A stretch of 46,095 bases of DNA from Bdellovibrionota bacterium (GTDB lineage: Bacteria > Bdellovibrionota_C > UBA2361 > OMII01): the NCBI GenBank assembly GCA_044356215.1, contig JBIKWQ010000020.1:1-46095 (forward strand). The letters run 5' to 3'. A program made the position numbers and the translations under genes. The notes below the pieces were generated by a model. That model saw nothing but the letters and a program-made list of their open reading frames with translations, was not told where the DNA came from and searched no databases. This document shows positions 9,566-18,093 of this stretch, in pieces (the stretch's first letter is position 1; each line of letters begins with the position of its first letter).

Positions 9566-10984
9566 TCACCGCACGCTGGCTCTCAACGCCACAAAGAGCC
9601 CTGGTACCAGGCTAGCAAGCGAAGAATACACCAACAAATCAGAGTTCCCGCTGACTGTTGCATAGATCGAGATCGGAAAGGCTATCCCGAGTGACAACAC
9701 TATCGCCCATACCAGAGCTGTAGGTGATATAGAGCTTGAATACAGCGCCGTGATCGTTGGCAGGTAAAGCGCCGCGGTGATAACTCCAGTAATCATGAAC
9801 GTCCAAAGCATACTCGGCTCACAAAGAGCTATCGCTGTTCCGATGATCGTGAGAGCGATCATCGCCTTACGGGCGACTCGACATACATCCTCACTACTAG
9901 CACTCTGAGAGATGTAGCGTTGATAGATATCGATACTTGCTAGTGAGCTTACCGCACACATAGCCGAGTCGAGGGTTGAGCAGAGTGCGGCGAGTGCCAT
10001 CATAGCAAATGCATATAGAGCGACCTTGGGGAGGACGTGGGAAATAACCAGGGGACCGACCATCTCTGGATTGCTGACTGAAATTCCTCCTTCCTGTGCT
10101 AGCGAAACACCGAAGAAACCGAGTAGTGATAAGGTTATCGGTATCAGCCCGAATAACAATCCGCCATACACAAAGGTCTTAGATACATCACGCTCACGCA
10201 CAGCCATCGCCCGTTGGATAAACATCTGGTCGACCAATGGTCCTGTAATGAGCGTGATAGTCATCGGTATTCCCATCGAGAACGCCACCGCTGGATTAAA
10301 GAGGTCGCCGTGAAGACCATCGATACCTGACAGTCCACGTAGCAGTCGTCCAGGGGCATCATCAATACTAAGAGCAACCCAAGGCACTAAAACAAGCGCG
10401 AGGCCCAAAACCATAAACATCTGAATTACATCAGTATAGATCGATGCCTTTAATCCACTTATCAGAGAGTAAGAGAGCGCTATGAGGGAAACTAGCGTGA
10501 TCGCTACATGCACCTGAAGTCCGGTAAGCTCGTGCAGTAACGCACCTCCTGCGTAGGCGTTAGCCACGATAGCGCCGACCATATTCAATCCGTATCCTAG
10601 AAGAAATGTGCGATGAACCGCTCCGTGTGCAGGGAAGCGATTTGCGATGTATTCAGGCACAGTATATCCCATCGGTGATAATTTTCTTAGCCTCTTCGCA
10701 AGCGGCGCAAAGACGAAGAAGCACACGATATTGGGCACTGTAAACCAGAAGATTCCAGGCACCCCCAGGGTGAACGCTTGCTGCGAGCAGACAAAAATGG
10801 CAGGTGCCCACACCCAGCTCACGGCGATGCTACAGGCGGCTTGCCACACAGGCACACTTCGATCAGCAACCAAAAAACCCTCTAGCGACCGCTCTGTGCG
10901 GGTCTTTAGAGCGACTATCAGCAGCATGCTAACCGCGAAAATAGCGGCGATACCTAACCCCTCTGCGATTGTTAAAAGCTTCAT
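9566..10984 (-). CDS. Sodium:solute symporter (SSS) family transporter
   Basis: Many TM helices; FLVADRS, YTVPEY..NRF, YSLISGLKASIYTDVIQ, ALCSTLDS motifs; ATG 10984 (ORF open to 11008). Confidence 0.9.
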   Translation of the reverse strand: MKLLTIAEGLGIAAIFAVSMLLIVALKTRTERSLEGFLVADRSVPVWQAACSIAVSWVWAPAIFVCSQQAFTLGVPGIFWFTVPNIVCFFVFAPLAKRLRKLSPMGYTVPEYIANRFPAHGAVHRTFLLGYGLNMVGAIVANAYAGGALLHELTGLQVHVAITLVSLIALSYSLISGLKASIYTDVIQMFMVLGLALVLVPWVALSIDDAPGRLLRGLSGIDGLHGDLFNPAVAFSMGIPMTITLITGPLVDQMFIQRAMAVRERDVSKTFVYGGLLFGLIPITLSLLGFFGVSLAQEGGISVSNPEMVGPLVISHVLPKVALYAFAMMALAALCSTLDSAMCAVSSLASIDIYQRYISQSASSEDVCRVARKAMIALTIIGTAIALCEPSMLWTFMITGVITAALYLPTITALYSSSISPTALVWAIVLSLGIAFPISIYATVSGNSDLLVYSSLASLVPGLFVALRASVR

Positions 10985-11069
10985 AGTGTTTGCAGCATAC
11001 AAGACCACGCTGGGCTGAGTAAGTCCAGATCGAACACAGCTGTCACAGCCAGAGTTTTACCGGCCCTGC

Positions 11070-11861
11070 CTAGCTCAGCTTACTCTTGCGACCTGACCCT
11101 TTTTGCAGCGACTCGTGAGACGGGCAGAAGTCCCACATGAAATTAAACCAGGTGCGAAAGGACTCGGCGATTGCAGGATTTACAATAACGGTAAAGAGCG
11201 CATCGGCGTCAACGCCGCCCAGGTATAGGGTTGAGCAGATGTAGACCCGGTCGCCGAAGAAATCAACCGATGCAGGCGCCGAATAGTCTCTCGGCAGAAT
11301 TTTGTAGTTAGGGCCTACCTTTTTAAGTATCGGATGCGACTTCTCTGCAACCTCGTAATCAAAAAGATGCTTGTAGCGGATCCCCTTACGCTTAGCCTCC
11401 TCCAGAAAATGCGGGAAAAAGTTCATGACTCGCCGATCCATCCAGGCGCCCTTTCCCCCAATACAGTAAAAGGGCTCGCCTACTTGGACTATGTCGCGCA
11501 TGTAATTCCTCCAACCCTCCAATCCGTGATAGATCATCACCGATCCCTTATCGATCGGCGTACCGCGATAAAGAGTGCTTAAGCGGGGCATGATGCTCTC
11601 CAAGCTCGTTTGCTTGTCGCGAAGGATTTCAGTGAGCTTCTGAGGCTCTACTGCCCGATAGCGGGAGTCACGCGAGCTGAGGATCTCAAAGATGAGCCCC
11701 TTATCGAGCAACCGCCCGATACAGTCGTAAGCATTGCGCCGATTAACCCCCGATCTCGTGGCGATCTCGGCAACGCCAAGCTCTCCGTACTTTAGTAGAG
11801 CGAGGTATATCTCGCTCTCATTCTTGGATAATCCGATCGATTGCAAAACTTGCTCTAGCAT
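11070..11861 (-). CDS. TrmB-family transcriptional regulator
   Basis: IGLSKNESEIYLALL...SGVNRRNAYD...LLDKGLI; IYHGLEG; WFNFMWD. Confidence 0.88.
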   Translation of the reverse strand: MLEQVLQSIGLSKNESEIYLALLKYGELGVAEIATRSGVNRRNAYDCIGRLLDKGLIFEILSSRDSRYRAVEPQKLTEILRDKQTSLESIMPRLSTLYRGTPIDKGSVMIYHGLEGWRNYMRDIVQVGEPFYCIGGKGAWMDRRVMNFFPHFLEEAKRKGIRYKHLFDYEVAEKSHPILKKVGPNYKILPRDYSAPASVDFFGDRVYICSTLYLGGVDADALFTVIVNPAIAESFRTWFNFMWDFCPSHESLQKGSGRKSKLS

Positions 11862-11914
11862 GAATCCCCCCGCCTAGCGTGCGTAGCGCTTAAAGGCCAA
11901 ATGCGGCGCTATGA

Positions 11915-11930
11915 ACCACCATGTGGTGGT
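11915..11930. promoter_or_regulatory. Candidate operator palindrome between TrmB-2 and cupin operon
   Basis: ACCACCA-TG-TGGTGGT perfect 7-bp arms in the divergent intergenic region. Confidence 0.45.
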
Positions 11931-11990
11931 ATTTGCCACTCAATTATGAACACTTATGCTAGGAAAGTCTAGTCGGAGGGCTTACTAACG

Positions 11991-12461
11991 ATGAAGAGTC
12001 ACACGCCTGATACACATACCGCGGCAGCATCTGCACCGCAAACGATCTTTAGCTGTCACAGATCAAAGATCCGCGCCGCGAGAAACCTGGGGCGCTGGCA
12101 GAAGATGCACAACAGTGACGCCAGGGGCATTGATGTGCTCTACGATGACTCCGGCGCTAAACCCTTTGGCTTGGGTCTGATCGAATTCCCGCCATGTGGG
12201 GAGGTCCAACTGCATGTGCACGAAGGCTCGCATATACTCGTCTGTCTCGCCGGAGATGGAGTTCTCAAAGTTCAGGTTGAGGGACCTGATAGCCCAAAGA
12301 GGTTGGCTAGTCACACGATCTCCGTCGGCCAGTGCTACAACATACCCTCACTGGTCCCCCATTCAGTGCACGCAAGCGAACACGGCATGTTACTGCTAGT
12401 GGCGGGTAACGATTATCGAATGGCAGCTAACCACGACAGACTGGAGCTCGTTCATGAGTAA
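11991..12461 (+). CDS. Cupin-domain protein
   Basis: HVHEGSH...G.G and IPSLVPHSV metal-binding cupin motifs; GGAGGG RBS upstream. Confidence 0.8.
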   Translation: MKSHTPDTHTAAASAPQTIFSCHRSKIRAARNLGRWQKMHNSDARGIDVLYDDSGAKPFGLGLIEFPPCGEVQLHVHEGSHILVCLAGDGVLKVQVEGPDSPKRLASHTISVGQCYNIPSLVPHSVHASEHGMLLLVAGNDYRMAANHDRLELVHE

Positions 12462-13185
12462 AAGTTTCATTCATACAGGAGCATACTACCCGCTCCTAAT
12501 CCAAGAGCATGGCGGGCTACAGGTGGTGCGTGGTGACCTCTACCCTGGAGGGATCAAGTGTCGTGTGTTGACTGAGCTCCTCTCAGAGACTGTAGCTGAA
12601 GATGAGGTAGTATACGCGGGATGCTACTACGGCCACTCTGCATTTGCTCTCGGCATCGCTGCTCTGCTTACAGGTAAGCGCGTTAAGCTCTTTATGCCTA
12701 GTCCGCATAAGGATACATACACCTTCTCGCTACTGCGCACGCTACAGAATATCGACTGCGAGATAGTCGATAAAGATCATCAGGATCAGGTACACGCTGT
12801 CGCAAGCGATTACGCACGCAGGACACAGGCTCACCTGCTTCCGATTGGGCTCGACTCAGAGGAATTCAGGCGAATATACATAGCTGTCATGCGTAATGAA
12901 CTGCGCATTCTGCCATCCGAAGTGTGGACAGTTGCAGGCTCTGGAGTAACTGCTCGTTGCCTGCAACAAGCGTGGCCCACCGCGAAAGTGAACGTTGTCG
13001 ATCTGGCAGTACGAAGCTCACCTGCTTTCGGCACTCCAGCCGCCATCTGGAAAATTCCGGAGAAGCTAGTCGAACCTGCACGGCTTCCTCCGCCCTGGCC
13101 GTGCTCCTCACACTACGACGCAAAGATGTGGCAAATAGTAAAAACAAATGCATCACCGGGGGCACTTATTTGGAACATCGCATGA
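12454..13185 (+). CDS. Fold-type II PLP-dependent enzyme of the compact phage-type family
   Basis: VVRGDLYPGGIKCR (PLP Lys), VWTVAGSGVTAR phosphate loop, PPWPCSSHYDAKMW, LIWNIA; overlaps cupin stop. Confidence 0.72.
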   Translation: MSKSFIHTGAYYPLLIQEHGGLQVVRGDLYPGGIKCRVLTELLSETVAEDEVVYAGCYYGHSAFALGIAALLTGKRVKLFMPSPHKDTYTFSLLRTLQNIDCEIVDKDHQDQVHAVASDYARRTQAHLLPIGLDSEEFRRIYIAVMRNELRILPSEVWTVAGSGVTARCLQQAWPTAKVNVVDLAVRSSPAFGTPAAIWKIPEKLVEPARLPPPWPCSSHYDAKMWQIVKTNASPGALIWNIA

Positions 13186-13212
13186 CATGAGTTCTGCAGA
13201 GTCAGCCAGCAA

Positions 13213-13286
13213 GGGATAAGAGAGGATGTTGAGTTAACTGAGCTTCGTCGCCTGGTTTAAGGGGGTAGGGAAAGTGGGCCAGGTAT
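13213..13286 (+). repeat. 74-bp direct repeat, copy 2
   Basis: Matches 9128-9201 with 2 substitutions; offset 4085 bp. Confidence 0.95.
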
Positions 13287-13415
13287 GATGGTCAAGATCT
13301 ACTGACGTCTAGCCATTGCGCCAAGCGCGATATGATCCGCGTCATACTAGACGGCCCTTTATCTAGTCGCCTAATTAGGGAGATGGTATGCTCCACGATC
13401 CCGAGTAGAAACAGA

Positions 13416-13482
13416 GTAACTAATCAGCATATTCTGCCGCAATCACGTTAGTCCCTATTAAGGGGCGGCTTTGCGGAGCAAA
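13416..13482 (+). repeat. 67-bp dispersed repeat (GTAACTA core + two hairpins), copy A
   Basis: 61/67 identical to the reverse complement of 31422-31488. Confidence 0.9.
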
Positions 13483-13500
13483 AATAAAATCATTCGCGAC

Positions 13501-14232
13501 ATGGAAGCACTTACAGATTTCCCAAAAGTATACTGTCCCTTTATCAGGCGCAGATACCAAGTAATCAATGGCTTTAAGGAGCATGGTAGCAAACTGAAGC
13601 TGCGCGAGCCTGTGGTATATCTTGTCACCAACGAAATTAATCCAGGATATGAGTGGGTGTTTACGGAAAAAGAGGTACGCGCTGTTGAGAAGCTCGACGG
13701 AACGAACGTTAAGCTCAAGAACGAGAACGGACGCCTGGTCTCTTTGATGAATCGCAAGAACATCGTCGACCCTCTGCAGATCATGAAGGGCAAGACATTT
13801 ATCATTGAAGGTGTTTTTCACGCTATTCAGAAGGGCTACGTCAAGGAGAGCGGAGAACAGGCTGGCGAGTGTATCGGGCCGAAGTTACAGTCGAATCCGT
13901 ACAACATATCGTACCACACATGGTATCCGTTTGAGCTAGCGTACGAGAACCTCTTTTATAAGTCGTTTTACGAGCATGAGCGGACATTCGAAAACTGGAG
14001 CAATTGGTTTCAAAACTTTTTGCGATCACGTTTCTACATGAAGACTCACAAGTGCGGATTCGAAGAGGCGCCTTTCGCCGAAGGGGTGATATTTACAAGC
14101 ATGTCACGCAAAGCAGCCGGGCAAACACATATGGCGAAGCTACGCCGAGATATGTTTAGGTGGTACTACGAGCCGTTGCTCGAGATCGGTGAGGAGTTGC
14201 CGCCTGTGGCGGATGAAGATATTGAGTCGTAG
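13501..14232 (+). CDS. ATP-dependent RNA ligase family protein (stand-alone adenylyltransferase domain)
   Basis: Motif I EKLDGTNV, GECIGPKLQSNP, motif IV EGVIF, motif V MAKLRRDMF; ATG 13501. Confidence 0.78.
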   Translation: MEALTDFPKVYCPFIRRRYQVINGFKEHGSKLKLREPVVYLVTNEINPGYEWVFTEKEVRAVEKLDGTNVKLKNENGRLVSLMNRKNIVDPLQIMKGKTFIIEGVFHAIQKGYVKESGEQAGECIGPKLQSNPYNISYHTWYPFELAYENLFYKSFYEHERTFENWSNWFQNFLRSRFYMKTHKCGFEEAPFAEGVIFTSMSRKAAGQTHMAKLRRDMFRWYYEPLLEIGEELPPVADEDIES

Positions 14233-14239
14233 TAACTAC

Positions 14240-14320
14240 TCCGCCAGCCAAGTAACTGTCTTCGGTTCGGTTTGGCGCGAGGAGCGAAGCTACATCTCGT
14301 TGAAATTTAGTTAGCGGCAT
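14240..14320 (-). pseudogene. Truncated N-terminus of AbiEii-like nucleotidyltransferase toxin
   Basis: Minus strand reads MPLTKFQRDVASLLAPNRTEDSYLAGG; start overlaps the 3' end of the upstream small gene; similarity ends at the GTAACTACTC junction. Confidence 0.6.
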
Positions 14321-14601
14321 AGATAATCGGCGACCTCCCAGGCCCGGCGATTGCCGTTCTTTCTAAGTGTTTGAGCTATCCACTCAATATCATCAATTCC
14401 GATCTTCAAATCGGGATCGTAAGACCAAAAACACAGGGTGCGGAAGCGCTTAAACGCACGTCGAGCTTCCCTAACCTTCAGCATCGCCTTTGATTGCTCA
14501 GGGGTAAGTATACGCCTACTTTGACGCCCACCCTTACGACCGATCTCGGCAAAGTAACTTCTAACCGCGGATGGAATCTCAGCGTTCGCACTTTTAGTCA
14601 T
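14311..14601 (-). CDS. Small basic protein, probable antitoxin/partner of the nucleotidyltransferase
   Basis: 96 aa; YFAEIGRKGG, CFWSYDPDL, LRKNG motifs; overlaps toxin remnant; operator-like palindrome upstream. Confidence 0.65.
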   Translation of the reverse strand: MTKSANAEIPSAVRSYFAEIGRKGGRQSRRILTPEQSKAMLKVREARRAFKRFRTLCFWSYDPDLKIGIDDIEWIAQTLRKNGNRRAWEVADYLCR

Positions 14602-14624
14602 ATTTACCACCGCGCTTAAAAAGC

Positions 14625-14645
14625 TATCATAAGCAGCTTATGATA
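14625..14645. promoter_or_regulatory. Perfect inverted repeat, probable autoregulatory operator
   Basis: TATCATAAGC-A-GCTTATGATA; related half-site GCTTTATGATA near 14720-14730. Confidence 0.6.
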
Positions 14646-15009
14646 TTTAAATATGAAAATCAAGTAATTACTTATCGGATCTTTTGGATCGTCCCAGTCA
14701 TTATATCGCCAAACATGCTGCTTTATGATACGGTCCGACACCGCTATTACGCCGTTTAACCTGTGGCTAACTAAGATAACCATTCGACCCGCGTCTCGCT
14801 GTGTGGCGACTAGCGGTCAGCAAAGCAGGTTCACGGAAGCGGCAGCTTTTTTGGTAAACTCAACCAAATATTATGCGCCGTATTTTGCTTCGTGAACCGC
14901 TTCCGCTATCTGACGGACACGGAGGTCACTATGGTACTTGGTCTAACAACTTGGCGCGGGTATAACTACCGAACTTATAGAAAACGAAGCCACATCAGGG
15001 CCTTCAACA

Positions 15010-18000
15010 ATGACCAGTTCTTCTAGCAAAGACTATCCACTTACCCCCGCATCTCCTGTGGTTGTCCGGGAGAACACCATCGAGCAGGATCTCATCGACA
15101 CGCTCAAGGAGCTGAAATACGAATATCGCCCTGATATCACTAGTCGCTCTACGATGGAAAAAAACTTTCGTGAGCGTTTCGAGGCTCTCAATCGCGTTCG
15201 CCTTACCGATAGTGAATATGCCCGACTGCTTGAGGAGATCGTAACCGATGACGTGTTCACGGCATCCAAGAAGCTGCGTGAGATCAATTCTTTTATCCGA
15301 GACGATGGCACGCCGCTTAACTACACTCTCGTCAATCTCAAAGACTGGTGTAAAAACCACTTCGAGGTCGTCAACCAGCTTCGTATCAACACAAACGACA
15401 GCTACCACCGCTACGATGTGCTCATTCTCATTAACGGTATCCCTTGTGTGCAGATAGAGCTAAAAACCCTGGGTATTAGCCCGCGTCGGGCCATGGAACA
15501 GATCGTCAACTATAAGAACGACCCCGGCAATGGCTATTCCAAGACGCTACTCTGCTTCCTTCAGCTGTTTATCGTCAGTAATCGAGACCGCACCTACTAC
15601 TTCGCCAATAACAATACGCGCCACTTTACCTTTAATGCTGACGAGCGCTTCCTGCCTGTCTACGAATTTGCGGATGAGGCTAACAAGAAGGTTACGCACC
15701 TCGATGACTTCGCAGATCGCTTTCTCCTGAAGTGCGCGCTGGCGAAAACTATTAGCCGCTACATGGTGCTTATCCAAAGTGAGCAGAAGCTGATGATTAT
15801 GCGGCCTTACCAGATCTATGCGGTGCAGCAGATCATGAAATGCATTGAAGATGATGCAGGTAACGGCTACATCTGGCACACTACCGGTAGCGGTAAGACG
15901 CTTACCTCGTTTAAGGCTTCGACGCTACTTAAGCTAAACGACCGGATTCATAAATGCCTCTTCGTCGTGGACCGTAAAGACCTCGATCGCCAGACGCGTG
16001 AAGAATTTAACCGCTTTCAAGAAGGGTGTGTGGAGAAAAATACCAACACCGCTGCCCTGGTTAACCGCCTGCTATCCGAAGACTACGCTGACAAAGTAAT
16101 CGTCACCACTATTCAGAAGCTCGGCCTCGCACTCGATGAAGATAGCAAACGCAACAAGCAGCGGAAGAGAAATGATCAGCCAACTTTCAAGGAGCTGCTT
16201 GAGCCGCTAAGCGATAAACGTATCGTCTTTATCTTCGATGAATGCCACCGATCGCAGTTTGGCGAGAATCACAAAGCAATTAAAGATTTCTTCCCCCGCG
16301 CTCAGCTCTTTGGCTTTACCGGCACACCTATATTTGAGCAGAACGCGAGCCTCCAGAAGATTGAAGACACGACTGCCTCTATGCGCACCACGCTGGATCT
16401 TTTTCAAAAGGAGCTCCACGCCTACACCATTACTCACGCAATAGAGGACAAAAACGTCCTGCGCTTCCATGTCGACTACTTTAAACCCAAGGAAGAGCCT
16501 GGAAAGAAGGCACCAAAACCCGGTGAAGCGATCGCCAAAAAGGCAGTTATTGAAGCCATCCTTGCGAAGCACGACGCCGCCACCGCTGGACGCCGCTTCA
16601 ATGCAATCCTCGCCACGGCGTCTATCAATGACGCCATCGAATATTATGGCCTATTCCAAACGCTACAGGCAGCGCAGCAAGCAACCGATCCCGAGTTCCG
16701 GCCGCTCAACATCGCCTGCGTATTTTCTCCACCTGCCGAGGGCAATAAAGACGTGCAACAGATTCAGGAAGATCTGCAACAAGAAAAAGCGGATAACGAA
16801 ATAGACCCTGAAGGGAAGAAAGCTGCACTCAAAAGTATTCTTGTTGATTACAACACCCGCTACGGCACCAACCACACGCTCAGTGAGTTTGACCTCTACT
16901 ATCAAGACATTCAAAAGCGCATTAAAGACCACCAGTGGCCCAATGAAGATTTCCCGCACACGCAAAAGATAGATATTGTTATTGTGGTGGATATGCTGCT
17001 CACCGGTTTTGATTCCAAATACCTGAACACTCTTTACGTGGATAAAAACCTGCGCTATCACGGCCTGATTCAGGCCTTCTCCCGCACCAACCGCGTGATC
17101 AATGGCACTAAACCCTACGGCAATATCCTCGACTTCCGCCAGCAGCAAGATGAGGTGGATGCTGCTATCGCGCTCTTTTCTGGCGAGAAGACCGGCGAGC
17201 ATGCGCGAGAGATCTGGCTGGTGGAAAAAGCCCCCGTGGTCATCAAAAAGCTTGCGGCTGCCGTGCAGCAGCTTGATAGCTTTATGAAGTCACAGGGTCT
17301 AGAAACTTCTCCTGATGCAGTAGCAAACCTCAAGGGTGATGCCGCACGCGCTTGCTTTATTGAGCGCTTTAAGGAGGTGCAGAGACTTAAGACTCAGCTT
17401 GAGCAGTACACTGACCTGACTGATGATAATAAAGTTGTCATTGAGCAGGTGTTGCCCAATGATCAGCACCGAGGATTTAAAGGTGCGTATCTTGAGACTG
17501 CCCAGCGGTTGAGAGATCAGCAGAGCAAGGCGCGGGGTGATGATGGTGGAAGTGACCCGCAAGGTTCGGAAGTTGCTACCCAGCTCGATTTCGAGTTTGT
17601 ACTTTTTGCCTCAACTGTAATTGACTACGACTACATCATGGGCCTGATTGCTAAGTACTCTAAAGAGACTCCAGGCAAGTCGAAGATGACGCGCGAGCAG
17701 CTTATTGGTTTAATCAGCTCTGATGCCAAGCTTATGGATGAGCGCGAAGAGATTGCCGCTTACATCTCGACGCTCAAGGCTGGTGAAGGGCTAAGTGAGA
17801 AAGCGATTCGGGACGGGTATACGCGCTTTAAGGCTGAGAAGGGCGCAGCTGAAATTGCAGAGATCGCACATAGGCACGGGCTTGCTGCTGGTGTGCTTCA
17901 GAAATTCGTTGATGGTATTTTAAGTCGGAGAATCTTTGATGGGGAGAAGCTTGGTGAGATGTTTGCGCCATTGGATCTTGGGTGGAAGGCGCGGACACAG

Positions 18001-18093
18001 GCTGAGCTTGGGCTGATGGGGGAGTTGGTGCCGCTGCTTATTAAAAGAGCGGGAGGGCGTGAGATCTCGGGGCTTAGTGCTTATGGGTGGTAA
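15010..18093 (+). CDS. hsdR: Type I restriction enzyme R subunit
   Basis: DVLILINGIPCVQIELK nuclease motif, HTTGSGKT, DECHRS, FTGTP, MLLTGFD, QAFSRTNR. Confidence 0.96.
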   Translation: MTSSSSKDYPLTPASPVVVRENTIEQDLIDTLKELKYEYRPDITSRSTMEKNFRERFEALNRVRLTDSEYARLLEEIVTDDVFTASKKLREINSFIRDDGTPLNYTLVNLKDWCKNHFEVVNQLRINTNDSYHRYDVLILINGIPCVQIELKTLGISPRRAMEQIVNYKNDPGNGYSKTLLCFLQLFIVSNRDRTYYFANNNTRHFTFNADERFLPVYEFADEANKKVTHLDDFADRFLLKCALAKTISRYMVLIQSEQKLMIMRPYQIYAVQQIMKCIEDDAGNGYIWHTTGSGKTLTSFKASTLLKLNDRIHKCLFVVDRKDLDRQTREEFNRFQEGCVEKNTNTAALVNRLLSEDYADKVIVTTIQKLGLALDEDSKRNKQRKRNDQPTFKELLEPLSDKRIVFIFDECHRSQFGENHKAIKDFFPRAQLFGFTGTPIFEQNASLQKIEDTTASMRTTLDLFQKELHAYTITHAIEDKNVLRFHVDYFKPKEEPGKKAPKPGEAIAKKAVIEAILAKHDAATAGRRFNAILATASINDAIEYYGLFQTLQAAQQATDPEFRPLNIACVFSPPAEGNKDVQQIQEDLQQEKADNEIDPEGKKAALKSILVDYNTRYGTNHTLSEFDLYYQDIQKRIKDHQWPNEDFPHTQKIDIVIVVDMLLTGFDSKYLNTLYVDKNLRYHGLIQAFSRTNRVINGTKPYGNILDFRQQQDEVDAAIALFSGEKTGEHAREIWLVEKAPVVIKKLAAAVQQLDSFMKSQGLETSPDAVANLKGDAARACFIERFKEVQRLKTQLEQYTDLTDDNKVVIEQVLPNDQHRGFKGAYLETAQRLRDQQSKARGDDGGSDPQGSEVATQLDFEFVLFASTVIDYDYIMGLIAKYSKETPGKSKMTREQLIGLISSDAKLMDEREEIAAYISTLKAGEGLSEKAIRDGYTRFKAEKGAAEIAEIAHRHGLAAGVLQKFVDGILSRRIFDGEKLGEMFAPLDLGWKARTQAELGLMGELVPLLIKRAGGREISGLSAYGW

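Noticed and set aside
13186..13260. Stop read-through of the PLP gene into repeat copy 2 (in frame)
   Set aside because: One-in-three chance coincidence; the protein already ends at a plausible family C-terminus (WNIA)
14225..14960. Integron attC sites around the ligase and small gene
   Set aside because: No properly spaced RYYYAAC...GTTRRRY pair with complementary L boxes, and no IntI in the window
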